A stretch of 14,574 bases of DNA from a virus (taxonomy: Duplodnaviria; Heunggongvirae; Uroviricota; Caudoviricetes): IMG/VR virus record IMGVR_UViG_2851955134_000008, one strand, 5' to 3'. Shown here piece after piece: positions 1-7,295 of the stretch. Numbering within the stretch: the first letter of the stretch is position 1; each line of letters begins with the position of its first letter. The notes beneath the pieces were generated by a model. That model was not told where the DNA came from and did no database searches. It was given only the letters and a program-made list of their open reading frames with translations. The translations under genes and the position numbers were made by a program.

Positions 1-1284
1 TTACTTCTTCGCCTCTGCAACCACTTTACTACCCACGCCGCGGTTATTGTATTCCCACATGCGGTTGTAGTTAGTGTCATTCAGATTGCGCTGTATTTCG
101 TCGTTATCATCTACGCTGCCGGTATTACCCGCAAACGGACGATTAGAGATCACCGCATCGGCCCACGGTTTAGCCGTGTTAAAACCTTCGTTGATGGCGC
201 TATCACGGATCACCACCTGACCGTTGGTATTGGCATCAACATCCAGCGAGCGGCCCAGTTGCGCCACACCATCACCGAAAGCATTGAAACGGCTGTTTAC
301 GGCGAGGAAACCGTAGTAAATGTTGGACAGCGTAGCCGGTGCAAACACATACGCTTCTTGCTGAGTACGTGAGTTCACCACGCGGAATTCGGTGTTATCG
401 AACACCACTGCGCCGCGACCAGAAACGATATCCACATCCCCTTCAATGTAGCTGTTGGTCACCAGCGTACGCGGCTGACGATTCGTTTCCAGACGGTTCT
501 GCACACCGCTGTTGGTGACAAAGAAGGTGTTCTGACGACCGAGAATGTTAACGTTGTTAATCTGTACCTGGTCACCATCAGTACGCAGTGCCACCGCCGG
601 ATGGTTACCTGCATCTACGCTATCGCCCAGCGTGTTTTCGATGGTCAGATTTTGCAGTTGCAGGCCATTGTTTTGTGACCAGAAGACCGCAGAGCAGAGA
701 ACACCGATACTGTCGCTGCGTTTGCTCTGGCAGCTATCGTACATATACCACGCTGGTTTACCTGGCATATATTTGCCGCGCGGGTTGACGTCGTGACGCC
801 AGTCGGCAGGGCTCATGCCACCATCAAGGGAAAGCCCAATCTTCACATCAATCGGTTTTTCACCTGTACCGTACAGAGTAATTCCACCCGGAGCGGCAGG
901 GACATATACCGTTCCCTGATACTCACCAGGCATCACGGCAATATACTGGCGCTTGTTGGTACGCTTGATAATTGCCGCATCTACCGCCGCCTGAATCGTG
1001 GTATGCGTTACACCTTGAGTGCCCGCCGGGCCGACAACAAAGTCAGGTTGCGCAGGCAGGGTAATCGGGGAAGGATTCCACGCTGCAGCACCTGGTGTCA
1101 GGGATGCAAAATAGTGTTGAGCATCGAAATTCTGCGCTTCTTTTGCCGACAGAATCGGGCGAGAAGAGGTACCAGGCGCGGTTTGATCAGAAGGACGTTG
1201 ATCGGGCGGGGTTGAGCTACAGGCGGTCAGCGTCACGCCAAAAGCCAATGCCAGCGCCAGACGGGAAACTGAAAATGTGTTCAC
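1..1284 (-). CDS. ybhC: YbhC-type outer-membrane lipoprotein (pectinesterase-like / acyl-CoA thioesterase family), chromosomal gene flanking attB-lambda
   Basis: Complete 427-aa ORF with a lipoprotein signal (LTACSS lipobox). It matches my recollection of E. coli YbhC and sits where ybhC lies beside the lambda attachment site. GC content is host-like. Confidence 0.85.
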   Translation of the reverse strand: MNTFSVSRLALALAFGVTLTACSSTPPDQRPSDQTAPGTSSRPILSAKEAQNFDAQHYFASLTPGAAAWNPSPITLPAQPDFVVGPAGTQGVTHTTIQAAVDAAIIKRTNKRQYIAVMPGEYQGTVYVPAAPGGITLYGTGEKPIDVKIGLSLDGGMSPADWRHDVNPRGKYMPGKPAWYMYDSCQSKRSDSIGVLCSAVFWSQNNGLQLQNLTIENTLGDSVDAGNHPAVALRTDGDQVQINNVNILGRQNTFFVTNSGVQNRLETNRQPRTLVTNSYIEGDVDIVSGRGAVVFDNTEFRVVNSRTQQEAYVFAPATLSNIYYGFLAVNSRFNAFGDGVAQLGRSLDVDANTNGQVVIRDSAINEGFNTAKPWADAVISNRPFAGNTGSVDDNDEIQRNLNDTNYNRMWEYNNRGVGSKVVAEAKK

Positions 1285-1315
1285 AGGTTGCTCCGGGCTA
1301 TGAAATAGAAAAATG

Positions 1316-1420
1316 AATCCGTTGAAGCCTGCTTTTTTATACTAAGTTGGCATTATAAAAAAGCATTGCTTATCAATTTGTTGCAACGAACAGGTCACTA
1401 TCAGTCAAAATAAAATCATT
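1316..1420. other. attL: attL (B-O-P' junction) of a lambda-type integration; 15-bp core GCTTTTTTATACTAA at 1331..1345
   Basis: The exact lambda att core is read directly. To its left is GTTGAAGCCT, the attB bacterial arm as I recall it. To its right is GTTGGCATTATAAAAAAGCATTGCTTATCAATTTGTTGCAACGAACAGGTCACTATCAGTCAAAATAAAATCATTATTTGATTTC, which I recall as the lambda P' arm leading into the int 3' end. Confidence 0.85.
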
Positions 1421-1685
1421 ATTTGATTTCAATTTTGTCCCACTCCCTGCCTCTGTCATCACGATACTGTGATGCCATGGTGTCCGACTTATGCCCGAGA
1501 AGATGTTGAGCAAACTTATCGCTTATCTGCTTCTCATAGAGTCTTGCAGACAAACTGCGCAACTCGTGAAAGGTAGGCGGATCCCCTTCGAAGGAAAGAC
1601 CTGATGCTTTTCGTGCGCGCATAAAATACCTTGATACTGTGCCGGATGAAAGCGGTTCGCGACGAGTAGATGCAATTATGGTTTC
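1419..1685 (-). pseudogene. int: Integrase remnant (3' third of lambda-type int, lacks N-terminal arm-binding and core-binding domains and part of the catalytic domain)
   Basis: Only the Int C-terminal segment up to the stop is present. It still includes the region around the catalytic tyrosine (LSARLYEKQ) and an intact internal GGATCC at 1579..1584. No xis ORF is present. Confidence 0.8.
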
Positions 1686-2057
1686 AACCATGTACCGGAT
1701 GTGTTCTGCCATGCGCTCCTGAAACTCAACATCGTCATCAAACGCACGGGTAATGGCTTTTTTGCTGGCCCCGTGGCGTTGTAAATGATCGATGCAGAGT
1801 GATTCAAACAGGTGCTGGGGCAGACCTTTTTCCATGTCGTCTGCCAGTTCTGCCTCTTTCTCTTCACGGGCGATCTGCTGGTAGTGACGCGTCCAGCTCT
1901 GAGCCTCAAGACGATCCTGAATGTAATAAGCGTTCATGGCTGAACTCCTGAAATAGCTGTGAAAATATCGCCCGCGAAATGCCGGGCTGATTAGGAAAAC
2001 AGGAAAGGAGGTTAGTGAATGCTTTTGCTTGATCTCAGTTTCAGTATTAATATCCAT
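1419..2057 (-). CDS. gam: In-frame chimeric ORF: lambda Gam (GamL start 2057, GamS start 1937; first ~124-127 codons) fused to the C-terminal ~85-88 codons of lambda integrase
   Basis: The N-terminal part ([15 protein letters not shown]...[15 protein letters not shown]...EHIRYMV) matches recalled lambda Gam. The C-terminal part ([21 protein letters not shown]...REWDKIEIK) matches the recalled lambda Int C-terminus. A good RBS (CAGGAG) precedes the GamS ATG. Confidence 0.85.
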   Translation of the reverse strand: MDINTETEIKQKHSLTSFPVFLISPAFRGRYFHSYFRSSAMNAYYIQDRLEAQSWTRHYQQIAREEKEAELADDMEKGLPQHLFESLCIDHLQRHGASKKAITRAFDDDVEFQERMAEHIRYMVETIIASTRREPLSSGTVSRYFMRARKASGLSFEGDPPTFHELRSLSARLYEKQISDKFAQHLLGHKSDTMASQYRDDRGREWDKIEIK

Positions 2058-2155
2058 TTTTTATAAGCGTCGACGGCCTCACGAAACATCTTTTCATCGC
2101 CAATAAAAGTGGCGATAGTGAATTTAGTCTGGATAGCCATAAGTGTTTGATCCAT
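2012..2155 (-). CDS. kil: Kil (47-aa host cell-division inhibitor of lambda)
   Basis: [50 protein letters not shown] matches recalled lambda Kil. AGGAG lies 8 nt upstream of the ATG. It overlaps the cIII 3' end as in lambda. Confidence 0.75.
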   Translation of the reverse strand: MDQTLMAIQTKFTIATFIGDEKMFREAVDAYKKWILILKLRSSKSIH

Positions 2156-2288
2156 TTTTTGGGACTCCTGGCTGATTAAGTATGTCGATAAGGCGTTTCC
2201 ATCCGTCACGTAATTTACGGGTGATTCGTTCAAGTAAAGATTCGGAAGGGCAGCCAGCAACAGGCCACCCTGCAATGGCATATTGCAT
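2124..2288 (-). CDS. cIII: CIII (54-aa FtsH/HflB inhibitor, lysogeny regulator)
   Basis: I translated this ORF by hand: [54 protein letters not shown]. It matches recalled lambda CIII and is below the 60-aa cutoff of the supplied ORF track. Confidence 0.8.
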   Translation of the reverse strand: MQYAIAGWPVAGCPSESLLERITRKLRDGWKRLIDILNQPGVPKNGSNTYGYPD

Positions 2289-2360
2289 GGTGTGCTCCTT
2301 ATTTATACATAACGAAAAACGCCTCGAGTGAAGCGTTATTGGTATGCGGTAACGCCGCGC

Positions 2361-2729
2361 TCAGGCGGCTTTGATAGTCATATCATCTGAATCAAATATT
2401 CCTGATGTATCGATATCGGTAATTCTTATTCCTTCGCTACCATCCATTGGAGGCCATCCTTCCTGACCATTTCCATCATTCCAGTCGAACTCACACACAA
2501 CACCATATGCATTTAAGTCGCTTGAAATTGCTATAAGCAGAGCATGTTGCGCCAGCATGATTAATACAGCATTTAATACAGAGCCGTGTTTATTGAGTCG
2601 GTATTCAGAGTCTGACCAGAAATTATTAATCTGGTGAAGTTTTTCCTCTGTCATTACGTCATGGTCGATTTCAATTTCTATTGATGCTTTCCAGTCGTAA
2701 TCAATGATGTATTTTTTGATGTTTGACAT
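2361..2729 (-). CDS. ea10: Ea10-like early pL-operon protein (122 aa)
   Basis: 122-aa ORF in the position and orientation of lambda ea10 between cIII and the sieB/N region. The sequence fits my recollection of Ea10, but I am less certain of this one. Confidence 0.65.
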   Translation of the reverse strand: MSNIKKYIIDYDWKASIEIEIDHDVMTEEKLHQINNFWSDSEYRLNKHGSVLNAVLIMLAQHALLIAISSDLNAYGVVCEFDWNDGNGQEGWPPMDGSEGIRITDIDTSGIFDSDDMTIKAA

Positions 2730-2989
2730 CTATTCATATCCTCACAGATAAAAAATCGCCCTCACATTGGAGGGCAAAGAAGATTTCCAATAATCAGAAC
2801 AAGTCGGCTCCTGTTTAGTTACGAGCGACATTGCTCAGTGTATTCACTCGTTGGAATGAATACACAGTGCAGTGTTTATTAGTATGCCTGTCTTTTAACC
2901 ACATCAGGCTCGGTGGTTCTCGTGTACCCCTACAGCGAGAAATCGGATAAACTCTATTCACCCCTACAGAGAGCAAAAGAGAAACGCCG

Positions 2990-3571
2990 ATGAACAACTC
3001 ATGGTGGCAGGAACTAATGCATTTTTTCCTGCAAGGAATGACACTTAAACAGTTGATTCATATGCTAATCATCCTAATCATATTGATTATTGTTATGCCT
3101 GTAAGCGTAAAAGAATGGATAAACCTGCATAATCCAGAAATCCTTCCTCATTACTGGATGTATTACATCCTGTTGTTTTGCGTTAGCTATGTGCTTAACG
3201 GCGTTGTTAATTCCGCTTATCACGCTGTGACTGAAAGAATTGAGATATTCGCTGCTCAGAAGCGCAAATCTAAAGAAGAGAAATACGTGCAAGATTTGTT
3301 TGATTCGTTAACTCTTGGAGAAAGAGCGTATTTGGCATTCGCTGTAGCCGCTAATAACCAGCTAAAGACAGAAAAGGGAAGCCCTGAAGCAATCTCATTG
3401 CTCGAAAAAGGGCTTCTTATTCGGGTACCTTCTGCTACTGGATATCCTGAAATCGACCGTTTTGTTATCCCGGAACGCTATAGAAATGAGTGCTACATTA
3501 GGTTTGCTGGGAAGAAAGACAGTCTTATGGATGAACTTATCGCTCAGGATAAGCATGGCAAAAACAAGTAA
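2990..3571 (+). CDS. sieB: SieB-like superinfection exclusion protein (inner-membrane abortive-infection protein)
   Basis: 193-aa ORF with a hydrophobic N-terminal segment (LIHMLIILIILIIVMPV) and a charged C-terminal domain. It is transcribed opposite to pL, between N and ea10, where sieB lies in lambda and P22. Confidence 0.6.
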   Translation: MNNSWWQELMHFFLQGMTLKQLIHMLIILIILIIVMPVSVKEWINLHNPEILPHYWMYYILLFCVSYVLNGVVNSAYHAVTERIEIFAAQKRKSKEEKYVQDLFDSLTLGERAYLAFAVAANNQLKTEKGSPEAISLLEKGLLIRVPSATGYPEIDRFVIPERYRNECYIRFAGKKDSLMDELIAQDKHGKNK

Positions 3572-3587
3572 TTAGCAAATTAATTTA

Positions 3588-3860
3588 TCATCTCGCCGTC
3601 AGTTGTTTTGATTTCCGGTAGCCTGCCGCGTAAATGGCTACGTTTGGCAGGCAAATACTTCCACTGCATTCATCTGCCTTCTTGCAGCGAAGGCTTCCGA
3701 GTGATGCTGCTTTGTCTGCTCTGACGCAACCAGAGAGCTTTAGCGCAATTTTTCGCGCCAGTCGCTGTTCTTGCATTGCCTGCTCACGTTGAGCCTGTCT
3801 GCGTGCTCTGCGGCGATTTCTGGCGTTATCGTCAGCCAGATATGTAATGACTACTGCCAT
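3588..3860 (-). CDS. N: N-type transcription antitermination protein (P22 gene 24-like C-terminus, distinct arginine-rich motif)
   Basis: 90-aa ORF with an N-terminal arginine-rich motif (NARNRRRARRQAQREQ). Its C-terminus (LPNVAIYAAGYRKSKQLTAR) closely resembles the recalled P22 gp24 C-terminus (LPGVALYAAGHRKSKQITAR). It is the first gene downstream of pL/nutL. Confidence 0.8.
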   Translation of the reverse strand: MAVVITYLADDNARNRRRARRQAQREQAMQEQRLARKIALKLSGCVRADKAASLGSLRCKKADECSGSICLPNVAIYAAGYRKSKQLTAR

Positions 3861-3967
3861 GTTGACCTCCGATGATTGACTTTGGCGGTGACGCGCCGGG
3901 TGCTTATCTTCCGGTTGCCGTCGTGCAGCTGCACTTCACGTCACCCCAAAGCCAACTACTCTTTGGT

Positions 3968-4008
3968 TCCCGCATTTCGGCGGGACAATCCCATCAATGT
4001 TAAAGAGC
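3968..4008 (-). promoter_or_regulatory. Putative nutL: boxA-like GCTCTTTAACA (3998..4008) followed by boxB-like hairpin (3968..3985)
   Basis: On the minus strand GCTCTTTAACA matches the boxA consensus. Twelve nt downstream is a hairpin (TCCCGC-CGAAAT-GCGGGA). It lies between pL and the N start codon. Confidence 0.5.
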
Positions 4009-4055
4009 CTGCCAATCTGTTCCGTTTGGCTACCAGCGTCCTGCCGATGACTTAA

Positions 4056-4108
4056 ATTTAAGATTTCTTTAACTATTGGTCAAGAGCGTTTTTGAAGAAA
4101 ACTTAAAT
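4056..4108 (-). promoter_or_regulatory. OL/pL region: at least two 18-bp P22-type operator sites (4056..4073 ATTTAAGATTTCTTTAAC; 4091..4108 TTTGAAGAAAACTTAAAT)
   Basis: Both sites fit the NNNNAAGNNNNCTTNNNN pattern shared with the three OR sites. They sit upstream of nutL and N on the leftward transcription unit. Confidence 0.6.
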
Positions 4109-4151
4109 TTTGTTGCGAAGCTTAAGTTTTGCTTTGATTTTTAAAGGAAAG

Positions 4152-4172
4152 AAAAAAAGGGGCGAATGCCCC
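4152..4172 (-). terminator. Rho-independent terminator immediately after the repressor gene
   Basis: On the minus strand a GGGGC-ATTC-GCCCC hairpin is followed by TTTTTTTC, starting right after the cI stop codon. Confidence 0.6.
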
Positions 4173-4823
4173 TTATGGAAGGTTTGCTATTTTTGCATCG
4201 ACAACTACACCGATGATTTTGCAGTTCCCGTTGATCTCAATCATCGGATATTGTGGGTTAAGTGGTTTTAGAAACCTTCTGCCAGCATCAATAACTAACT
4301 TCTTGAAAGTTGCCTCGTTTTCTCCTTCGAGCTTTGCCACTACCAGCTTCCCATTACGAGGTTCTACTTCAGGATCGACTAGTATTATCATCCCTTCCGG
4401 GATGCTAAGACCGGCTGGAGCCGTCATCGAATCACCCTTTACGTCCAGCCAAAACGAATCTTCTGAACAATCTACGGTTGTATCGTACCAGTTATCTATT
4501 GCACGCTTATGATATGGCTCTACAGCTTCCATCCAACATCCTGCGCTTACCCAACTAATTAGAGGATACGAACCTCTTGGATCATGCCTGCTGTGATAGG
4601 CAATGTTTGAAAGACTATCTTCTCCTTTCAACAAGTAATCAGGGGAGCACTGTAAAGCCTTGGCTAAAGCCAATAGGTTTTCGCCATTGGGCTCAGTTTC
4701 AGAACGCTCCCATTGGGAAATAGCAACATTAGACACGCCAACCATCTTGCCAAGGGCAGCCTGCCTAATCTTAAGTTCTTTTCTGCGAGCGCGAATACGC
4801 TCACCCATCAGTTGTGTATTCAT
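4173..4823 (-). CDS. cI: Prophage repressor, P22 C2-type (N-terminal HTH, C-terminal LexA-like S24 autopeptidase domain)
   Basis: 216-aa ORF, near-identical over its length to my recollection of P22 C2 (MNTQLMGERIRARRK.LKIRQAALGKMVGVSNVAISQWERSETEPNGENLLAL...). The Ser/Lys dyad context (GDSM ... K) is present. Confidence 0.9.
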   Translation of the reverse strand: MNTQLMGERIRARRKELKIRQAALGKMVGVSNVAISQWERSETEPNGENLLALAKALQCSPDYLLKGEDSLSNIAYHSRHDPRGSYPLISWVSAGCWMEAVEPYHKRAIDNWYDTTVDCSEDSFWLDVKGDSMTAPAGLSIPEGMIILVDPEVEPRNGKLVVAKLEGENEATFKKLVIDAGRRFLKPLNPQYPMIEINGNCKIIGVVVDAKIANLP

Positions 4824-4889
4824 AGTTAAGACATCTTAAATAAACTTGACTTAAGATTCCTTTGATAGATAATTTAAGTGTTCTTTAAT
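4824..4889. promoter_or_regulatory. OR3-OR2-OR1 operators (4824..4841, 4849..4866, 4872..4889) with pR (-35 TTGACT 4846..4851, -10 GATAAT 4868..4873) and divergent pRM
   Basis: Three 18-bp sites fit NNNNAAGNNNNCTTNNNN, with 7- and 5-bp spacers. OR1 ATTTAAGTGTTCTTTAAT matches the recalled P22 OR1. The region lies between the divergent cI and cro starts. Confidence 0.75.
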
Positions 4890-4903
4890 TTCGGAGCGAG
4901 TCT

Positions 4904-5023
4904 ATGTACAAGAAAGATGTTATCGACCACTTCGGAACCCAGCGTGCGGTACCGAATACTGAAGAATTACGCCAAAACACTGACAGGAGCAGGAGTATGA
5001 AGTCAGAGATAACAATCAACTAA
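4904..5023 (+). pseudogene. cro: cro remnant: first 16 codons of a P22-type cro, then unrelated sequence to a stop (39 codons)
   Basis: MYKKDVIDHFGTQRAV matches the recalled P22 Cro N-terminus. The next 23 codons (PNTEELRQNTDRSRSMKSEITIN) do not, and the ORF is too short for a Cro fold. Confidence 0.7.
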
Positions 5024-5085
5024 TACTGTTTTGTTGATTTTTGCTTGTAATTGGCGTTCTGGTCTGAGTTTTGTGGAGTAAGTTG

Positions 5086-5463
5086 ATGCGTGATATTCAG
5101 ATGGTTCTTGAGCGTTGGGGAGCGTGGGCGGCTAATAATCATGAAGATGTGACCTGGTCGTCCATTGCCGCCGGTTTTAAGGGATTAATTCCTTCAAAAG
5201 TAAAATCTCGCCCACAATGTTGTGACGATGACGCGATGATCATTTGCGGGTGCATGGCCCGTCTGAAAAAGAACAACAGCGATTTGCATGATTTATTGGT
5301 GGACTATTATGTCGGCGGCATGACTTTTATGGCGCTTGCACGTAAGCATGGGCGATCTGATTGTTGGGTTGGCAGGATGCTTCAGAAAGCTGAGGGCGTA
5401 GTGGAGGGTATGCTGATGGTGTTGGATCTCCGATTGGAGATGGATGCTGATTGTTCGAAATAA
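5086..5463 (+). CDS. Q: Late-gene antiterminator Q, phage-21 / DLP12 QuuD / P22 gp23 type
   Basis: [37 protein letters not shown]... matches the recalled QuuD/gp23 family. GGAG lies 7 nt upstream of ATG 5086. It is followed by a short leader and tR'. Confidence 0.85.
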   Translation: MRDIQMVLERWGAWAANNHEDVTWSSIAAGFKGLIPSKVKSRPQCCDDDAMIICGCMARLKKNNSDLHDLLVDYYVGGMTFMALARKHGRSDCWVGRMLQKAEGVVEGMLMVLDLRLEMDADCSK

Positions 5464-5562
5464 TTAAAGGAAAAGTTGCTGTCTGATTGTCATTAGTCTA
5501 ACATTTTAAATGTTGGAATCGCAACGTAGTTATTATCATATAACAGCTTGTTTCCTGATTTA

Positions 5563-5590
5563 GCCAGCCTCCCCAAAGGCTGGTCTTTTT
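5563..5590 (+). terminator. tR'-like rho-independent terminator of the short late leader transcript (Q-antiterminated)
   Basis: CCAGCC-TCCCCAAA-GGCTGG hairpin followed by TCTTTTTCT, about 100 nt after the Q stop. The late promoter pR' and qut site are expected in 5464..5562 but are not resolved. Confidence 0.6.
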
Positions 5591-5618
5591 CTAATAAGTA
5601 TTATTTCGGGTAGGGATT

Positions 5619-6143
5619 TTATTGTTTAACCCATAATAATTCATTGACATTGAATCCCAACTTTTGAGCGGTTCGCACATAGTCTGCTTTTACTTTATCT
5701 GGAATAGTTGGGGTCCTTGCCAGAATCCATAGGTATTCTCTGTTCGGACCACTGACAAGAGCATACTTATACTCATCATCCAGTTTGATTACATTATAGC
5801 CACCATAGAAGGGGCCAAAAAACGAAACCTTCAATGCTGCAGTTTTAGTATCTCCAGTAAAGTATGCTTTACCTTCGCTCTCGCTCCATTTATTTTTCGT
5901 TGGATCGTATCCACGGTTAAGTACACGAATCCCTCCGTCGTTCCGTTTTCCATAAGTAGCGCTGACCTGTTCCAGACCACGTTCGAACCGGTTCTCGAGG
6001 CGAGCTATTTCATACCATTTTCCGAGGTAGCGGTTGGCGTCAAAATTTGTAATCGGCTGCACACCTTTAGGTGGTGTCGGGGCCTTACATGCTATAAGAG
6101 TGAAAGAGAGTGCAATGCCAGTCAACACAGGCCATAACTTCAT
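5619..6143 (-). CDS. Blc-like bacterial lipocalin, outer-membrane lipoprotein
   Basis: 174-aa ORF with a lipoprotein signal (LIAC lipobox). It resembles recalled E. coli Blc throughout (NFDANRYLGKWYEIARLENRFERGLEQVSATY ... KVSFFGPFYGGYNVI ... YLWILARTPT). Confidence 0.85.
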   Translation of the reverse strand: MKLWPVLTGIALSFTLIACKAPTPPKGVQPITNFDANRYLGKWYEIARLENRFERGLEQVSATYGKRNDGGIRVLNRGYDPTKNKWSESEGKAYFTGDTKTAALKVSFFGPFYGGYNVIKLDDEYKYALVSGPNREYLWILARTPTIPDKVKADYVRTAQKLGFNVNELLWVKQ

Positions 6144-6335
6144 AATAAATCCTGTACTTTTGATAGTTGAGAGTAAGTATGAAAGATAGATGATTACGAC
6201 CGATCACTTAAAGAACTTTCATACTATATTAGGAATAGTCCATAACAGAAAAATTGTCAGTGATGACGCCAGAAAGGCAATTTATTCCGTGCACTACACA
6301 GTTTATGTGTTAATGAATTAGTCAAGGGGGAGAAT

Positions 6336-7295
6336 ATGATAAAAAAACCTGTGATTGGAATCAGCGGTTGTTTGGCCGGTTCTGCTGTTCGTTTTGATGG
6401 TGGTCACAAAAGAGCTGACTTTTTAATGGACAAATTAGTGGAATGGGTAACATTCAGACCAGTATGTCCGGAAATGGCTATAGGGCTGCCAGTTCCGCGT
6501 CCTGCTCTACGTCTTGTGCGCTCGATGCAAGGAAATATACGGATGTGTTTCAGCCACGACCAGAATGAGGATGTGACAGAGAGAATGACAGAGTTTAGTC
6601 GTTCTTATATGGACAAATTAAAGGATGTATCGGGGTTTGTGGTTTGTGCTAAATCTCCCAGCTGTGGCATGGAGCGCGTGCGTGTCTATGATGAAAATGG
6701 TAATCGAGGTCGTAAAGATGGAGTGGGACTATTTACGAGCACTTTGATGGAAAAGTTTTCCTGGCTACCGGTTGAAGAGGATGGGCGATTACATGATCCA
6801 GTGCTTCGTGAGAATTTTGTTGAAAGAGTTTTTGCTTTGCATGAGCTCAATCACCTTTACAAGGAGAAATTATCAAGAAGAGAGTTATTAGCTTTTCATA
6901 GTCGTTATAAGCTTCAGTTGTTGGCGCATAGTCAGGCAGGCTATAAAGATATGGGACCATTTGTGGCTGCAATACACGAGTGGGCGGACCTTGAATCATA
7001 CTTTGAGGTGTATCGTGATAAGCTGATGGCGATTCTCAGAAAACCTGCATCACGTAAAAATCACACGAATGTGCTGATGCATATACAGGGGTATTTTAGT
7101 AACTACTTAAGTACACGCCAGCGTAAAGAGTTGAGCGAGGTTATACTTAACTATCGTTCTGGCACATTACCTCTTCTTGCGCCGTTGACTCTGCTGAAGC
7201 ATTATCTGGGTGAGTATCCTAATGATTACTTGCTTACACAGAATTACTTCGATCCCTATCCGGACGAACTGGCTCTAAGACTGATGGTAAATTAA
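6336..7295 (+). CDS. DUF523 (TudS-like, putative Fe-S thiouracil desulfidase fold) fused to a DUF1722 (YbgA-like) domain
   Basis: 319-aa ORF with a GGGGG-like RBS (AAGGGGGAG) upstream. The N-terminal third has three cysteines (C12, C44, C105) spaced as in the TudS family as I recall it. The family assignment is from memory and needs an HMM search. Confidence 0.55.
   Translation: MIKKPVIGISGCLAGSAVRFDGGHKRADFLMDKLVEWVTFRPVCPEMAIGLPVPRPALRLVRSMQGNIRMCFSHDQNEDVTERMTEFSRSYMDKLKDVSGFVVCAKSPSCGMERVRVYDENGNRGRKDGVGLFTSTLMEKFSWLPVEEDGRLHDPVLRENFVERVFALHELNHLYKEKLSRRELLAFHSRYKLQLLAHSQAGYKDMGPFVAAIHEWADLESYFEVYRDKLMAILRKPASRKNHTNVLMHIQGYFSNYLSTRQRKELSEVILNYRSGTLPLLAPLTLLKHYLGEYPNDYLLTQNYFDPYPDELALRLMVN

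Noticed and set aside
545-1316. Four plus-strand ORFs (545..796, 588..788, 793..1215, 1095..1316) inside ybhC
   Set aside because: They lie antisense within a well-supported 427-aa gene, have no RBS or family resemblance, and are typical shadow ORFs of a GC-rich coding region.
1676-1909. 77-aa minus-strand ORF overlapping the gam-int chimera
   Set aside because: It is an alternative frame of the same strand region, with arginine-rich low-complexity translation. The Gam/Int frame accounts for the sequence.
1419-2057. Engineered expression prophage (DE3-like insertion in int) or cloning-vector origin
   Set aside because: The GGATCC within the int remnant (1579..1584) is intact, there is no lacI or T7 RNA polymerase sequence, and the int break is at a Gam/Int microhomology. 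The J breakpoint sits beside a position where lambda has GGTACC, but the sequence here is GGTAAATCC, not a ligation product.
2012-2281. 89-aa ORF from the track (MPLQGG...)
   Set aside because: Only its last 47 codons, from the internal ATG at 2155 with a good RBS, correspond to Kil. The upstream part is the cIII gene read in another frame.
2815-2997. 60-aa minus-strand ORF between ea10 and sieB, considered as a possible ral
   Set aside because: Its start overlaps the sieB start codon, it has no RBS, and its translation does not resemble Ral as I recall it. It is probably non-coding regulatory sequence.
3074-3292. 72-aa minus-strand ORF inside sieB
   Set aside because: Antisense shadow ORF within an AT-rich membrane-protein gene.
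4213-4512. 99-aa plus-strand ORF inside the repressor gene
   Set aside because: Antisense to a near-full-length P22-C2-type repressor, and serine-rich low-complexity.
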